From contig CAWBHS010000069.1 of assembly GCA_963788655.1 (NCBI GenBank), positions 1-41,040 on the forward strand: a stretch of DNA of 41,040 nt. Reading direction: 5' to 3'. Each line of letters starts with the position of its first letter. Position 1 is the first letter of the stretch. This document shows positions 1 to 11,190 of the stretch, piece by piece. Made by a program: the position numbers and the translations under genes. Source of the stretch: an uncultured Verrucomicrobiae bacterium (GTDB lineage: Bacteria > Verrucomicrobiota > Verrucomicrobiia > Limisphaerales > JAFGQR01). The notes beneath the pieces are model-generated. The model did not search any database. It worked only from the letters and a program-made list of their open reading frames with translations, and had not been told where the DNA came from.

Positions 1-3000
1 CATATGACCTCTATTTTGTGGATGAACTGCCCACCGCCGACCTGCGCTTTAGGTGGATACGCTATGCTAGGGGCCCCGAAACACGCCCAGACCCTGAGGA
101 GCCAGTACATTTTGAAGCCATCCTTCCCGGGACCCAAAACGACTTCTGGTATGCGGCGCTTGCCCGAAACGCTAACGGCAGTATAGCCGACAGCGATGGT
201 GACGGATTGGATGATGGATTCGAAGTAATCGTTAACCGTTCTTCGCCGGACGTGCGGGATACGGACGGGGATGGATTTGACGACGCTCACGATGCTTTTC
301 CTCGTAACCGAATGTATGCAGCCGACACTGACGGTGACGGAATGCCAGACGAAACGCTACCAAGGCCCCTCGTGTGGTCCCGCGATGGCAGCACGTTTCG
401 CTTGGCACCGTACGTCGCAAGATTAGCGCTCACACTTGACGACGACGATGATAATGACGGGATTCCCGATGTCGTGGAAGAACGTGGCGTCAGCGACCCC
501 AAGGATCCGAATTCCCTGCCTCCTCCGCGATGGTACGTGGATGAACATGCGACGTATCCTGACGACGCGGACGGCAGTCGGGATCTTCCTTTCCCGACAA
601 TTCAGCAAGCGATCACCGCCGCTTCTGATTACGAAATTATCCAAGTCGAGCGAGGTACGTACTTGGGTCCGATTGATTTTGATGGCAAGAAAATCCACTT
701 GCGAGCGTTGAGGGGCCCCGAAGAGACGACCATTACCTGCTCCACCGGCGATCGTGCGGTCGCCTTCGACGGCGGCGAAAACCAATATACGTGGCTCGTT
801 GGCTTTACCATCTCCGGTGCGGCCGGCGGGGGAATTGAATGCCTTAATGGCAGCACGCCAGTCATTGTTGGCTGTGTCATCGAAGACTGCGGTGGTTCCG
901 CCAGCGTGGGTGGGGCGATTTACGCCGACGATAGCCGGCCATATATCATCAATTGCCGGCTGCTCAACAACGGTAACAGCAGTGCGGAAGGCGGGGCCAT
1001 TTACTTCTCCGGCGATTATACGAATTCCATCACGCATTGCACGCTCTACAACAATCTGCACGACAATGGCCTGGGTGACATTTCCGTGCAGGGCACCGGC
1101 CAACTGACTTTGAATAACTCAATCGTATGGACCCCTGGCGCTGACAACGCTTCGATCCGCAAGAGCGCCCAAGCGGTGGTGAAAACCGCCTACTGTGACA
1201 TCAAAGGCGGGTACCAGGGCCTGCTCAACTTGAACGCCGATCCTTTGGTGGACGCGGACGGACGCCTCCAACTCGCTTCTCCGTGCGTTGACAAAGGGAC
1301 GACGAACGGGCTCTTTCGAGAAAAATGGAACGCTGCTTATGCCGTTAATTACAGTCATCTGACGAAATTCGATGCCGATGGCGAAGCCCGCGTCTTGACC
1401 GCTGCCCAAACAGCCAATGAGGCGTTGCTTTATACGGCCGACATCGGCGCGGATGAGTTTGTTTACCGACTCAGCCTGCCCTTGGACCCGAACCAATCTC
1501 CAGCGAATTCGTTTTCAATTGTGGATGAGGCTTCTGGGGTGGCGTTCCTAGGAGAAGATGCCGGAATCTCTAAAGTGGCTGTGGTTGACGATGAAACCGA
1601 AGAAAACATCTTTATCATCCGCCTGAATGCTCAGGGGCTTTATGACAGTTACACGTCTATTTCTGTGGACAACAGCGCGGACCAAGAAGCAATCTGCTTT
1701 GATCCCATTAACTCTCGCCTTTATTACCTCTGCTCTCAGAATAAGCGCAACTGGTATCTCCAGCTCGACTACGACTTTGCGCATTTCACCGACCCTCCCA
1801 GCAGTGATTATGATTATCAGCGCACTATCCTCGGCAGGATTGGAATCAACTCGAGCACGTTTGAATGGGATTCGGTTACACCCACGTATTGGCAAAGCGA
1901 GGAGCGCTCCAACCCGGATTCTGTTAATTTTAACGCACGGGATGGGCTGGTCGCTCATATTCGGACCCAATTTGCCAACGCGGTTCAACCGCCCGGCAAT
2001 AATCCGTTCGATACCCAAAATTATGGCGCCTATGTGATGATCGCTTTCAATGACCGAAACCACTTTGCCGATCCACTTCCGGTACACGTTATGCGAAAGG
2101 CACGCTTTTGGACCCAAATGATTCTCACGCAGGCACGTCCCTCGGAGACTCAGCCACTGCTGGTGAATTAGGCGCAGGTGTCCTGGAACACAACAACACC
2201 TACCTTTCCGGTTCGCTTGCGGCGGACACTCGAGTACTATTATAAGGTTTGGGCTTTCGTGTCGAATTCCGAGCGAAACTACACCAATGCAATGGTCATT
2301 GGCCCAATCAGGACAACTCCCCTGTGGCCTCGAATCGACATTAATGAATGGCAGTTTGGCGGCAGCGGCGACCCGACTGATTATGTCGAACTGTATAATC
2401 CCGCAGGCGTATCAATACCGCTTCAAGGTTACAAAATCGCCGATAGTGGTTTCGAGAACTCAGATCCTAAGAAACTGTACGTTCTCCCCAATCTCTCAGT
2501 ACCCGCGCGTGGATATCTGCAGCTTATTGCAGACAATTCTACGGTTGATAATCATCTTCCTTTCGCTTTTAGCAGCGGTGGCGATGACATTGTCCTATAT
2601 GCTACTGATGGAGTTTCCGGTACCTGGAACGGTGATCACCTACACTGACCAGGAATCGCCAGGCACGATACTCGATTCCGTCTACGGCGACCACGAATTC
2701 AAGGACGATAACCTTGGGTCTCTGGGCAGAATTTGGGACGGGGCCGCTCGCCCGGGTAAATTTGGCCGGACCACACAACACCCACCGGAGACTCCAGGAG
2801 CCGCAAACAACGACGTGGCCGTAACCAAATTGTTTGATGGAGCGGCCGATGCAATATCCGGAGACCCCATCATCTGCCTCACTTGGCGGAATATCGGTAG
2901 AGTTCCCGCTGTCTGGGATTACAGCCCCAAACAGAACGACTATCATTCGATCAACATTGAAGGATTTGCCTACAAGCCGCCCACCAGCACGTCCGCGGAG

Positions 3001-3531
3001 ATGATCATTGGCCTCCGATCTCCCCTGACTGGACGGACGACCGGAAATGCGGTTTATTTTCGTGTGACCGACATAACCCAATTTCTGCCCACTGTGCCTC
3101 CAGGTTGGAATGGTGACCCTCCGCAACCGGCCAGCGGACTAAGCTCGGGACTGGAGCAGTTGGACCTCAACGGGCAGGGCATTCGTGCGATCACTTGGTA
3201 TGCAGCCGAATCCACCTACCTGATCATCGGCGGCCCCGCCAATGGCGGGCCCCTCGAAAAGGAAATTTTTGGCCAGAAATATTCCTTATATAGCTGGGAC
3301 GGCAGCGCTGGGCAGGCCGCTCAGTATGGGCACGTGGCTACGCCTCTGAAGATCATCGATGATCTTCGGCCCTACACCGTTCGTCCCGAGGGCCTGACCT
3401 TCATGACGATCAATGGCGAAGCGCGGCTCCTGTTCGTGGAAGACCGTTACCGGGCCACAGGTTACGCCACGCGCAATATGGTCCATTGGCCCGTCTCGAT
3501 TCTCGGGACGACCTTTCAAAGTCAACCATGA
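1..3531 (+). CDS. Large extracellular multidomain protein, 5'-truncated by the window and frameshifted: DxDGDG Ca-binding repeats, right-handed beta-helix, choice-of-anchor-Q-like segment, DUF3616-like propeller, FN3-like and lamin-tail-like domains
   Basis: Frame is open from base 3 (YDLYFVDEL...). ORFs 18..2171, 2178..2648 and 2287..3531 join through apparent single-base indels near 2075, 2230 and 2615; the alternate frame reads DPTSGTRYAKG...LAADT-YYYKVWAF. Motifs: DSDGDGLDDG, DTDGDG, TIQQAI..A, GGAIY, ADPL..GRLQLASPCVDKG, DIGADE, INEWQ..DYVELYN, INIEGFA..IGLRSPL, LDLNGQGIRAI, PEGL. Confidence 0.65.
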
Positions 3532-3545
3532 GGAAAGGAACAGTT

Positions 3546-4841
3546 ATGAAAACATGTTTGTTTGGTTTCTTTGTTGGATTGCTGACCGCAGGAGGCGCCT
3601 GGGCACAACCGCGCTATACCGTGGTGGATCTCACCCCCTTGCTCGGCGATTCGGCCCAAATTTCGATCAACGATTTCGGCGATATGGCGGGGACGGTTTG
3701 GATCGACGAATTGAGCGTGACCGAAGTGTTCCGCCTGAAATCGGGCCAGCAGCTAGAATGGCTGGGAATCTATTGCAGTTGGGACGATGGGGCGTTAATC
3801 AACAATCAGGGTCAGGTGGCTGGGACGTACCTGGTACGACCTCGAGAACCGCTACTTACATGGGTTTGTTTACAGTGACAACGAGGGATTGGTGGATATT
3901 GGGACGCTCGGTGGGTCCAACACCTTCGTATTTGGCTTCAATAACCAGGGCCAGGTCACTGGCCAAAGTGATACTCCTGAGAACGACCCTGACTGGCGCG
4001 ATCCCAATATGGGATTCCGTTACACCCTGGCTTGGGTATCGAGTCCCTCGGCAACCTCCCAGGGGGGACTTACAGCTCAGGCTTTGCCATCAACGACCTG
4101 GGCTGGGTGGCAGGCGGCGGAAACACAACCAACAGCGTCACCCACGATTGGCCCGATGACACCACTTCCCACACCTTCCGTTACACCGACGAATCAGGGT
4201 TAACGGATGTGGGAGGACTGTTCGCCTGGGGAGCCAGTTCCGGTGATCCAACGGCGATGAACAACCTGGGGATCATTGTGGGGGCGGCCGTAGTAGGAGC
4301 GACCGACGTGCCGACGCGGCGCGGCTTTATAGTTTTCAGCAACACCGCCGTGGAACTCCCGAACCTTGGTGGCAATGACACCGTACCGTTGGCGATCAAC
4401 AATTCCAACGTGGTGGTTGGGCGCGATATTCTCGGCCACAGAGGTTCACCCGAAATCTGGCGTCCATTCATCTGGACGGAAACCGAGGGCATGGTGGACT
4501 TGAACGACTATATCGACCCCGCCAGCGGCTATCATCTTTGGTCAGCATCCGACATTAACAACCGGGGGCAAATCGTCGCATATGCCAGCCAAGGCCCGGT
4601 CTTGCTCAATCCGATTCCGCCGCGTGTGCGCATTAGTCATTCGGCAGATAATACCATGGTAACTTGGGACTCAGCTTGGCCTGGTGTCGTCCTCGAAGCT
4701 ACCGCAAGCTTGGAAGCAGCGGACTGGCAGCCGGTCGATACCAGCGGGGCGAACGTTCTGGCCTTATCAGCCACGAACACAATGCGCTTTTTCCGGCTGA
4801 ACCTCGAAGGCATCCGCGGCCTGTGCTGCGCGCCGGAGTGA
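3546..4841 (+). CDS. Secreted HAF-type extracellular repeat protein (frameshifted) with C-terminal FFRL domain
   Basis: AGGAAAGGA RBS, then ATG 3546. Signal peptide MKTCLFGFFVGLLTAGGAWA-QPRYTVVDL. Repeated INN.GQV.G / D.GTLGG / AINDLG.VAG units. Split over ORFs 3486..3878, 3889..4203 and 4032..4841 by indels near 3850-3865 and 4030. Confidence 0.7.
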
Positions 4842-4916
4842 AACCGTCGCATTTTGAATTACTGGTTAGAATTCTTTGGCTGCAACACTTAGGGGTAAAA
4901 GACCAAGTTTTCGGAA

Positions 4917-4970
4917 GACACGAATGGCACGAAATTACACGAATTCGTGAACATTCGTGCAATTAGTGTC
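4917..4970. repeat. Imperfect palindromic repeat built of CACGAA / TTCGTG units (partial copy at 5491-5508)
   Basis: gacacgaatggcacgaa...ttcgtgcaattagtgtc lies between convergent genes; tcacgaatttcacgaatt occurs at 5491. Confidence 0.55.
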
Positions 4971-5010
4971 AACTCGGGTTTCTGGCTCTGTTTCTTTCGC
5001 GCAGGAACGG

Positions 5011-5457
5011 TTATTGATCGGGTCTTTCGCAGAATCGCCGCAAGAGTGTTAGCGCCTGCTCCATTCCTTGTTCGGCCCGCGGTGATAGCGATTGGCCGAA
5101 TTCAAAGCGTTCGCCGGGCACCGTGATCAGCCAGACTGGCGGACATTGCCCATACACGGCCTGTGCCAGCGCCAGCAAATCGCCGGGATGGCTCACGTGT
5201 CCGCCGCCACTGCACTGGGTTGCCGATTCAAGCGGACGCGACTGGACTTCCTGCACTTGGAGGGCGGCGCTGGCATCGACAAAAACAACCTGTTGCGCCG
5301 CAGCGATGGGTTCGGCCAGTTCCGGGGTCAGTTGATGGACAGCCAACGCCGTTACCGCGGGAAGCTTCCAATCATTCACCAACGCCGCAATCCGTGGCCC
5401 GACCGCGTCGTCGCCGCGAATCTCATTGCCGTAACCGATGATCAGGGTGTTGGGCAT
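5011..5457 (-). CDS. hoxW: Hydrogenase maturation protease (HoxW-like)
   Basis: IIGYGNEIRGDDAVGP, HQLTPELAEPI, FVDAS and GGHVSHP motifs; directly downstream of the hydrogenase large subunit. Confidence 0.9.
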   Translation of the reverse strand: MPNTLIIGYGNEIRGDDAVGPRIAALVNDWKLPAVTALAVHQLTPELAEPIAAAQQVVFVDASAALQVQEVQSRPLESATQCSGGGHVSHPGDLLALAQAVYGQCPPVWLITVPGERFEFGQSLSPRAEQGMEQALTLLRRFCERPDQ

Positions 5458-5538
5458 CGAAGGTTTAACTTCAGACCAGCAGAGGATTGATCACGAATTT
5501 CACGAATTCAACGGAATTTTCGGCTCCCAAGCCGGCCA

Positions 5539-5710
5539 GGTAGGGCGAGACTCCGTCGAGCCCTGACTTTCCGAGGCCTTCCGAACTCCCCGGAAGCGGC
5601 AACGCTGGGAAGATCATGGCGTTCGAACATCACAAGATTTTCCTTTGACCGGATTCTTGCTACTGAACGCGCCCAGGGGAAATCAGGGCTCGACAGAGTC
5701 TCGCCCTACC
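5539..5710. repeat. GTAG-type REP pair (REPIN-like) between hoxH and hoxW
   Basis: ggtagggcgagactccgtcgagccctga (5539-5566) and tcagggctcgacagagtctcgccctacc (5683-5710) are inverted repeats with 1 mismatch in 28. Confidence 0.85.
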
Positions 5711-5755
5711 AAAGAATGGGTACCGGTGACAGCAGCGCGGGCACACTCGGAGTTT

Positions 5756-7180
5756 TCATCCGCGCCCTTTTTGGTCCAGTACCGATCCATCCGCCGCGAC
5801 CAACGCTACTTCGAGCGCCAGACGGCCATCGGCGTGGGTCGAGCAACTCAGACACGGATCGAATGCTCGAATGCCCGCCTCGACGCGGTTCAGCATCGGC
5901 TCGGGAATCGTGTTGCCCTGGATATAATGCCGGGCGATCTGCGCCACCGTGCGGTTCATCGCCAGGTTGTTTTGCCCGGTGGCGATGATGAGGTTGACCT
6001 TCTGGATCAGCCCGTCTTCGTTGACCTGGTAGTGATGAAACAGCGTACCGCGCGGCGCTTCACTGGCGCCGACGCCTTCGAGTTTGTTGATGCCGGCGTC
6101 GGCGCGCAAGCGGTCGGACAACAACTCGGACTGTTCGATCAGGCCCTCAATACGCTCAATGCAGGCGAGGATTTCGATCAATCGCGCATAGTGATACAGA
6201 AACGAAGACGTCACCGCGCCCGATCCGAAATGGCGGAACCGCTCCAATTCCTCGTCGGCCAGCGGCGTGCCCATTTCCTTGCAGACATTCAGGCGGGCCA
6301 GTGGGCCGACGCGATACATGCCTTGCGGGAAACCCATGGGGCGATAATACGGCGACTTCAGATACGAGTCGGACTGCACCGCCTCGCCGATGTATTCCCG
6401 GTATTGGTTGACGTCGATTTCGTCCGCAATCACGTTGCCGCTGGCGTCCACGAACCGCAGAAATCCGTCGTAGTGCTCCCAGGTGCCTTTCTCGTTGGCC
6501 AAGCCCATGAACAACGAGGGAAACTTGCCGAACACCTGCATTTCGCGTTCGTGTTTCTTGAGCAGATCCCGAAACAGGGTGAGGGCGTTGCGGGTCGTGC
6601 CCAGCGCTTCAGGAAGCCGGGCTTTGATTTGTTGCCGGCCTTCCTCGGTCAGCGGTTCACGCACACCGCCCGGCACTGCCCAGGCCGGATGAATCTTGCG
6701 TCCGCCCAAATGCTCGATGATTTCCTGGCCGAACTGGCGCAAGCGAATGCCGCTGCGCGCCAGATCGGGATTGGCGGCAATCAAACCAAACACATTGCGT
6801 TGGGCGACGGGCGTTTCCCAGCCCAGGAGGAAGTCCGGCGCGCTCAGGTGAAAGAAACTCAACGCGTGCGATTGGATGATCTGCCCCAGGTTCATCAAGC
6901 GGCGCAGTTTCTCGGCCGCTACCGGGATCTTCACTGCCAGGATGGCGTCGCAGGCTTTGGCCGAGGCCAGCAGGTGGCTGACCGGGCAGATGCCGCAAAT
7001 CCGCGGCGTGATGCTCGGCATTTCCCACAAGGGCCGGCCTTCGCAGAACTTTTCAAAGCCACGGAATTCGACGACGTGAAACTTGGCGTCCGCCACGTTG
7101 CCTTCGTCGTCGAGGTGAATGGTGATTTTGGCGTGCCCCTCGATGCGCGTCACCGGATCAATCAAGATTCGTTGTGCCAT
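5756..7180 (-). CDS. hoxH: Bidirectional (group 3d) [NiFe]-hydrogenase large subunit
   Basis: Starts [18 protein letters not shown] (ATG 7180). L1 motif [12 protein letters not shown]2 motif [12 protein letters not shown] followed by a cleavable C-terminal extension. Frame intact. Confidence 0.95.
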   Translation of the reverse strand: MAQRILIDPVTRIEGHAKITIHLDDEGNVADAKFHVVEFRGFEKFCEGRPLWEMPSITPRICGICPVSHLLASAKACDAILAVKIPVAAEKLRRLMNLGQIIQSHALSFFHLSAPDFLLGWETPVAQRNVFGLIAANPDLARSGIRLRQFGQEIIEHLGGRKIHPAWAVPGGVREPLTEEGRQQIKARLPEALGTTRNALTLFRDLLKKHEREMQVFGKFPSLFMGLANEKGTWEHYDGFLRFVDASGNVIADEIDVNQYREYIGEAVQSDSYLKSPYYRPMGFPQGMYRVGPLARLNVCKEMGTPLADEELERFRHFGSGAVTSSFLYHYARLIEILACIERIEGLIEQSELLSDRLRADAGINKLEGVGASEAPRGTLFHHYQVNEDGLIQKVNLIIATGQNNLAMNRTVAQIARHYIQGNTIPEPMLNRVEAGIRAFDPCLSCSTHADGRLALEVALVAADGSVLDQKGRG

Positions 7181-7191
7181 AAGCAAGAAAT

Positions 7192-7737
7192 TTAGCCAAA
7201 CTTGATCTGCCCGCGCCGTCAACTCTGGTTCCTTGCCTTCGAGCAGTTGCGTGAGCAGCGCCTTGATGCGGTCGGCGGGCGGCGGGCAGCCGGGCAGGTA
7301 GTATTCCACCGGCACCAGATCGTGGACCGGCACCACCCGGTCAATCAACGGCGGCACGATGCCGGGTTCGCAGGGAACCATTGGATTGAGATCGACTCCT
7401 TCGAGGTAGGCGCGCTGCAGGACTGGTTCGGCCGGAGCCGAGGATGTTGCGCAGCGCGGTCACGTTGCCCGTCACGGCGCAGTCGCCGAAGGCGATGATC
7501 GTCTTCGTCCGCGCGCGGATTTTATGAACCATTTCCACGTGGTCTTCGTTGCAACGGCGCCTTCGATCAGCACCACGTCCACGTTCTTCGGGATATTCCT
7601 TCATGTCCACGACCGGGCTGAAAACGACTCTCGGCCTTTGCGGCCAGATCGATCAGCAATTCGTCGAGATCGAGGAACGACATGTGGCAGCCGGAACAAC
7701 CGCCCAGCCAGACGGTGGCAAGTTTTATACGATCCAT
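7192..7737 (-). CDS. hoxY: Bidirectional hydrogenase small subunit (multiple frameshifts)
   Basis: Fragments [42 protein letters not shown] and [17 protein letters not shown] lie in different frames; TAA at 7192-7194. Confidence 0.85.
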
Positions 7738-8452
7738 TGTTTTTTCTCCCGTGCGGTGACGATGAATTCCAGTTTGTCGCGGTCGCGCTCCATTTCCGCC
7801 ACGGTGGCGCCCTTTGTAGAACAGCGCGCCGGTCGGGCAGGACATCACGCATTTGCCGCAGGCGGTGCAGGTATCCGACTCGCCCCACGGCTGGTTCAGG
7901 TCGGTGATGATCCGCGACTTGGCGCCGCGCCCGGAGACGTTCTTGGTGCCCGCGCCTTCGATGTGCCAGCAGACCCGCACGCAGCGGCGTGCACAGACAT
8001 GCAGCGGTTGTGGTCCATGCCGAACAAGCGGGTGCGTCATGTCCACGTCCCATTTGCGGAAAGCAGATACTCGTAGCGCACGTGATCCATGCCGTGCGCG
8101 TAGGCGAGCGTTTGCAGTTCGCAATGGCCGTTGGCGACGCACACCGCACAGACGTGATTGCGCTCGGCGAACAGCAATTCGAGGATCATCCGGCGGTATT
8201 TTCGCAGCCGTTCGCGTAGTCGGTGTGGACCTCCATGCCTTCGGCCACTTTGGTCGTGCAGGCGGGCAGCAGTTTCGGGATGCCGGCGACTTCCACCAGG
8301 CACAACCGGCACGCGCCCACGTCATACACGCCTTCGAGATGGCACAGCGTGGGAATCGTGATGCCGGCTTCGCGTCGCCGCTTGGAGAACCGTCTGGTTT
8401 TCCTCGGCGCTGATCATGCTTGTCCGTCAATGGTAAGGGTTTTGGCAGCCAT
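7725..8452 (-). CDS. hoxU: Bidirectional hydrogenase diaphorase subunit HoxU (multiple frameshifts)
   Basis: Starts [10 protein letters not shown]. Fragments [34 protein letters not shown] and [17 protein letters not shown]. Ends [14 protein letters not shown], overlapping the hoxY start. Confidence 0.85.
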
Positions 8453-8474
8453 AACAATGCTCCTTGCTCGGCAA

Positions 8475-10132
8475 TCAAACGCCGGCCTTGGACGCTGGGG
8501 CGGACGCGGTTCCAGCGCCGTTTGGTTTCATGCAGATTCCAGATATTCGTTGCGGAAAAACCGCAGCGTGCTCAGCACGGGATTGGGCGCGGTCTGGCCC
8601 AGGCCGCACAGGCTGGTGTTCCGCACCATGTCGCACAGTTCTTCCAGTTTCCCAGGTCGCGCGCGGTGGCCTTGCGTTCGAGAATTTTCGTCAGCAGACT
8701 GATGCATCTGCACCGTGCCGGCGCGGCAGGGAATGCACTTGCCGCAGGATTCGTCCATGCAGAACTCCATGAAGAATCGCGCGACATCCACCATGCTGCG
8801 TGCGTCTCGTCCATCACGATCATGCCGCCCGAACCCATGATCGAGCCCAGCTTGGCCGAGCGATTCGTAATCCACCGGCGTGTCCAGCGCGTGCGGCGGG
8901 AATGCAGCCGCCGGACGGGCCGCCGGTTTGCACGGCCTTGATCTTGCCGCCGTCGGGAGCGCCGCCGCCCATTTCTTCGACGATCTGTGCGCAACGGCGT
9001 GCCCATCGGCACTTCGATCAGGCCGGTGTTGGTGATCTTGCCGGCCAGCGCGAAGACTTTCGTGCCCTTGCTCTTCTCGGTGCCGATGCCGGCAAACCAA
9101 TCCGCGCCCTTGCGGATGATCGGCGGCACATTGGCAAAGGTTTCGACGTTGTTGATCAGCGTCGGGCAGCCCCAACAAACCGCTCTCGGCCGGGAACGGC
9201 GGACGCGGCCGCGGCGTGCCGCGCTTGCCCTTCGACCGACACCATCAGCGCCGTTTCCTCGCCGCACACAAACGCGCCGGCGCCGATGCGCATGTCGATG
9301 TTGAAATTGAACGGCGATTCGAAAATGCCGCTGCCCAGCAAGCCCCATTTGCTTCGCCTGTTTGATGGCGGTTTGCAGCCGCTCGATGGCCAGCGGATAT
9401 TCCGCGCGCACGTAAATGAATCCCTGGTCCGCGCCCACCGCGTAGGCCGCGATGGCCATGCCTTCGAGCACGCTGTGCGGATCGCTCTCCAAGCACGCTG
9501 CGATCCATGAACGCGCCGGGATCGCCTTCGTCGGCGTTGCAGATGACGTATTTCTGCGCGCTGGGCGTTTTGGCGACCGTGCCCCATTTCAGGCCGGTCG
9601 GGATAACCCGCGCCGCCGCGCCCGCGCAAGCCGCTCTTGATGATTGCGTCCACGACATCCGTGCGGCGTCATTTCGCGCAGCACGTCGTGCAAGGCCTGA
9701 TAACCGTCCGCCGCGATGTAGGATTCGATGCGATCCGGATCGATCACTGCCGCTGTTGGCCAGCACGATGGAAAGTTGATCGGTTGAAGAACGGGTGCAT
9801 TCGGATCGCCTTGACTGACGTTGCGTCTTGCCGCCTTTGAGCGTGCCGACAATCGACGGCGGCGTTCTCCGGAGTGACCTTCTGCGTAAAGTGACGCCAG
9901 TGCGGGTCCACCTGCACCAGCGGGCCCTGGCAGCAGAGCCGCATGCAGCCCACGCCGCGCACTTCGACCTGTCCGCTTCCAGGCCCGCGTCCTGGACCGC
10001 CTTCGTCAGTGCGTCCTTGACCGCCCGGAGTTGGACGACATGCAGCCGGCCGCCATGCAACAGCGCAGGGTGAATTTCTTTGCCGGGCGAGTTCTCCTGT
10101 TCCTTAATCTTGATCAGATCGTCAAGGACCAT
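8475..10132 (-). CDS. hoxF: NAD(H)/FMN-binding diaphorase subunit HoxF (NuoF-like; multiple frameshifts, 3' end approximate)
   Basis: Fragments [93 protein letters not shown] and [16 protein letters not shown]. Confidence 0.88.
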
Positions 10133-10653
10133 GGTCCATCCATCCTTTCACGATGTTCGAGCGCGGATTCCGGCGGTCTGTCGCGGCGTCACCGTGCCGT
10201 CATAGACCACCGCCGGGGCGATGCCGCACGCGCCAATGCAGCGGGCGGTCAGCAGGGAAAACTCGTTGTCCGGAGTGGTTTCGCCGGCCTTGATCTTGGC
10301 TGTGCTCCTGCAACGGCGGCGATGACCTTGTCCGCGCCTTTCACGTAACAGGCCGTGCCCAGGCAAACGACGCAGGTATGCCGCCCTTCGGTTTGAGGTG
10401 AAAGAAATGATAAAATGTAGCGACGCCGTACACCCGGCTGGGCGGCAGCTTCAGTTGGTGGGCGACGAACAGCAGCAGGTCGTCTGTCCAGAAAACCAAA
10501 CAACTCCTGCGCCTTGTGCAGCACCTCGATCAGCGCGTCCTGCCGGAATTGGTGGCTTTTGATTTGCGCTTCAAGAATCTTGAAACGCTTGTCACCCGGA
10601 TCCCGGGGAGCCGAGGCCGTCTTCCGTTTCGATCTGACAATGGTCGCAATCAT
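10122..10653 (-). CDS. hoxE: Bidirectional hydrogenase subunit HoxE (NuoE-like 2Fe-2S; frameshifted)
   Basis: [45 protein letters not shown] and [18 protein letters not shown]; stop overlaps the hoxF start. Confidence 0.85.
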
Positions 10654-10882
10654 ATCTATTCGAATGGCGTCCGCGTCTGTGGTCGGGCATGGGATGGGTC
10701 CACCATTCCTCAAAAAATCAACTGGGATCAATCTGCGGTCCCCGCGTTTTGGCGACTCCACCTATCTTGTTATTTGTTGCGCATCATTTGGCAGGTCATC
10801 GAATGAGCGGCTCGAAGCGGTAACGGGGGGGCAGCGGCGGACGCTGTTTTTGATACGCTCCAAAAGGAATTGCCGGAAGACG

Positions 10883-10938
10883 AATGACCAATAGCCAATG
10901 CCCAAGGACCAGAGAATGACCAAGGCCCAAGCACCAAT
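10883..10938. repeat. Heptamer-based (AATGACC) low-complexity repeat, partial copy
   Basis: aatgaccaatagccaatgcccaaggaccagagaatgaccaaggcccaagcaccaat; same family as 25828-25994. Confidence 0.7.
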
Positions 10939-11190
10939 TAACTCCGCTGTCAATGCGTCCGGGGGGGGCTCAAAACTTGGTTGGCGGCCAATACCGAACG
11001 TAAGCCATCAGCAAGCCCGGCGGTTAGCGCCCCCGATAGTATTCTTCGGCGAACCTTGCCGCGTTTGAATTGCCAGGCTGGGGCGCCGGTTCGCCATAAG
11101 CGGGCTATTGATCCGGCGGACAAATTCTGAAACGCTCGGGCCGCAATGACAAATTGTGCAACAAACGACCGCTCGGAACGACTTTGATTT

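Noticed and set aside
5645..7195. Long antisense ORFs (e.g. 5645..7195 +, 11008..12306 -, 37801..39351 +)
   Set aside because: They are shadow ORFs opposite well-supported genes in high-GC DNA and carry no motifs.
10338..10352. parS-like sequence (TTTCACGTAAC)
   Set aside because: Poor match to GTTTCACGTGAAAC; explained by the CYVKG codons of hoxE.
8475..10653. Complex I nuoEF genes
   Set aside because: They are followed by hoxU/hoxY/hoxH-type genes rather than nuoG-N, so they form the hydrogenase diaphorase module.
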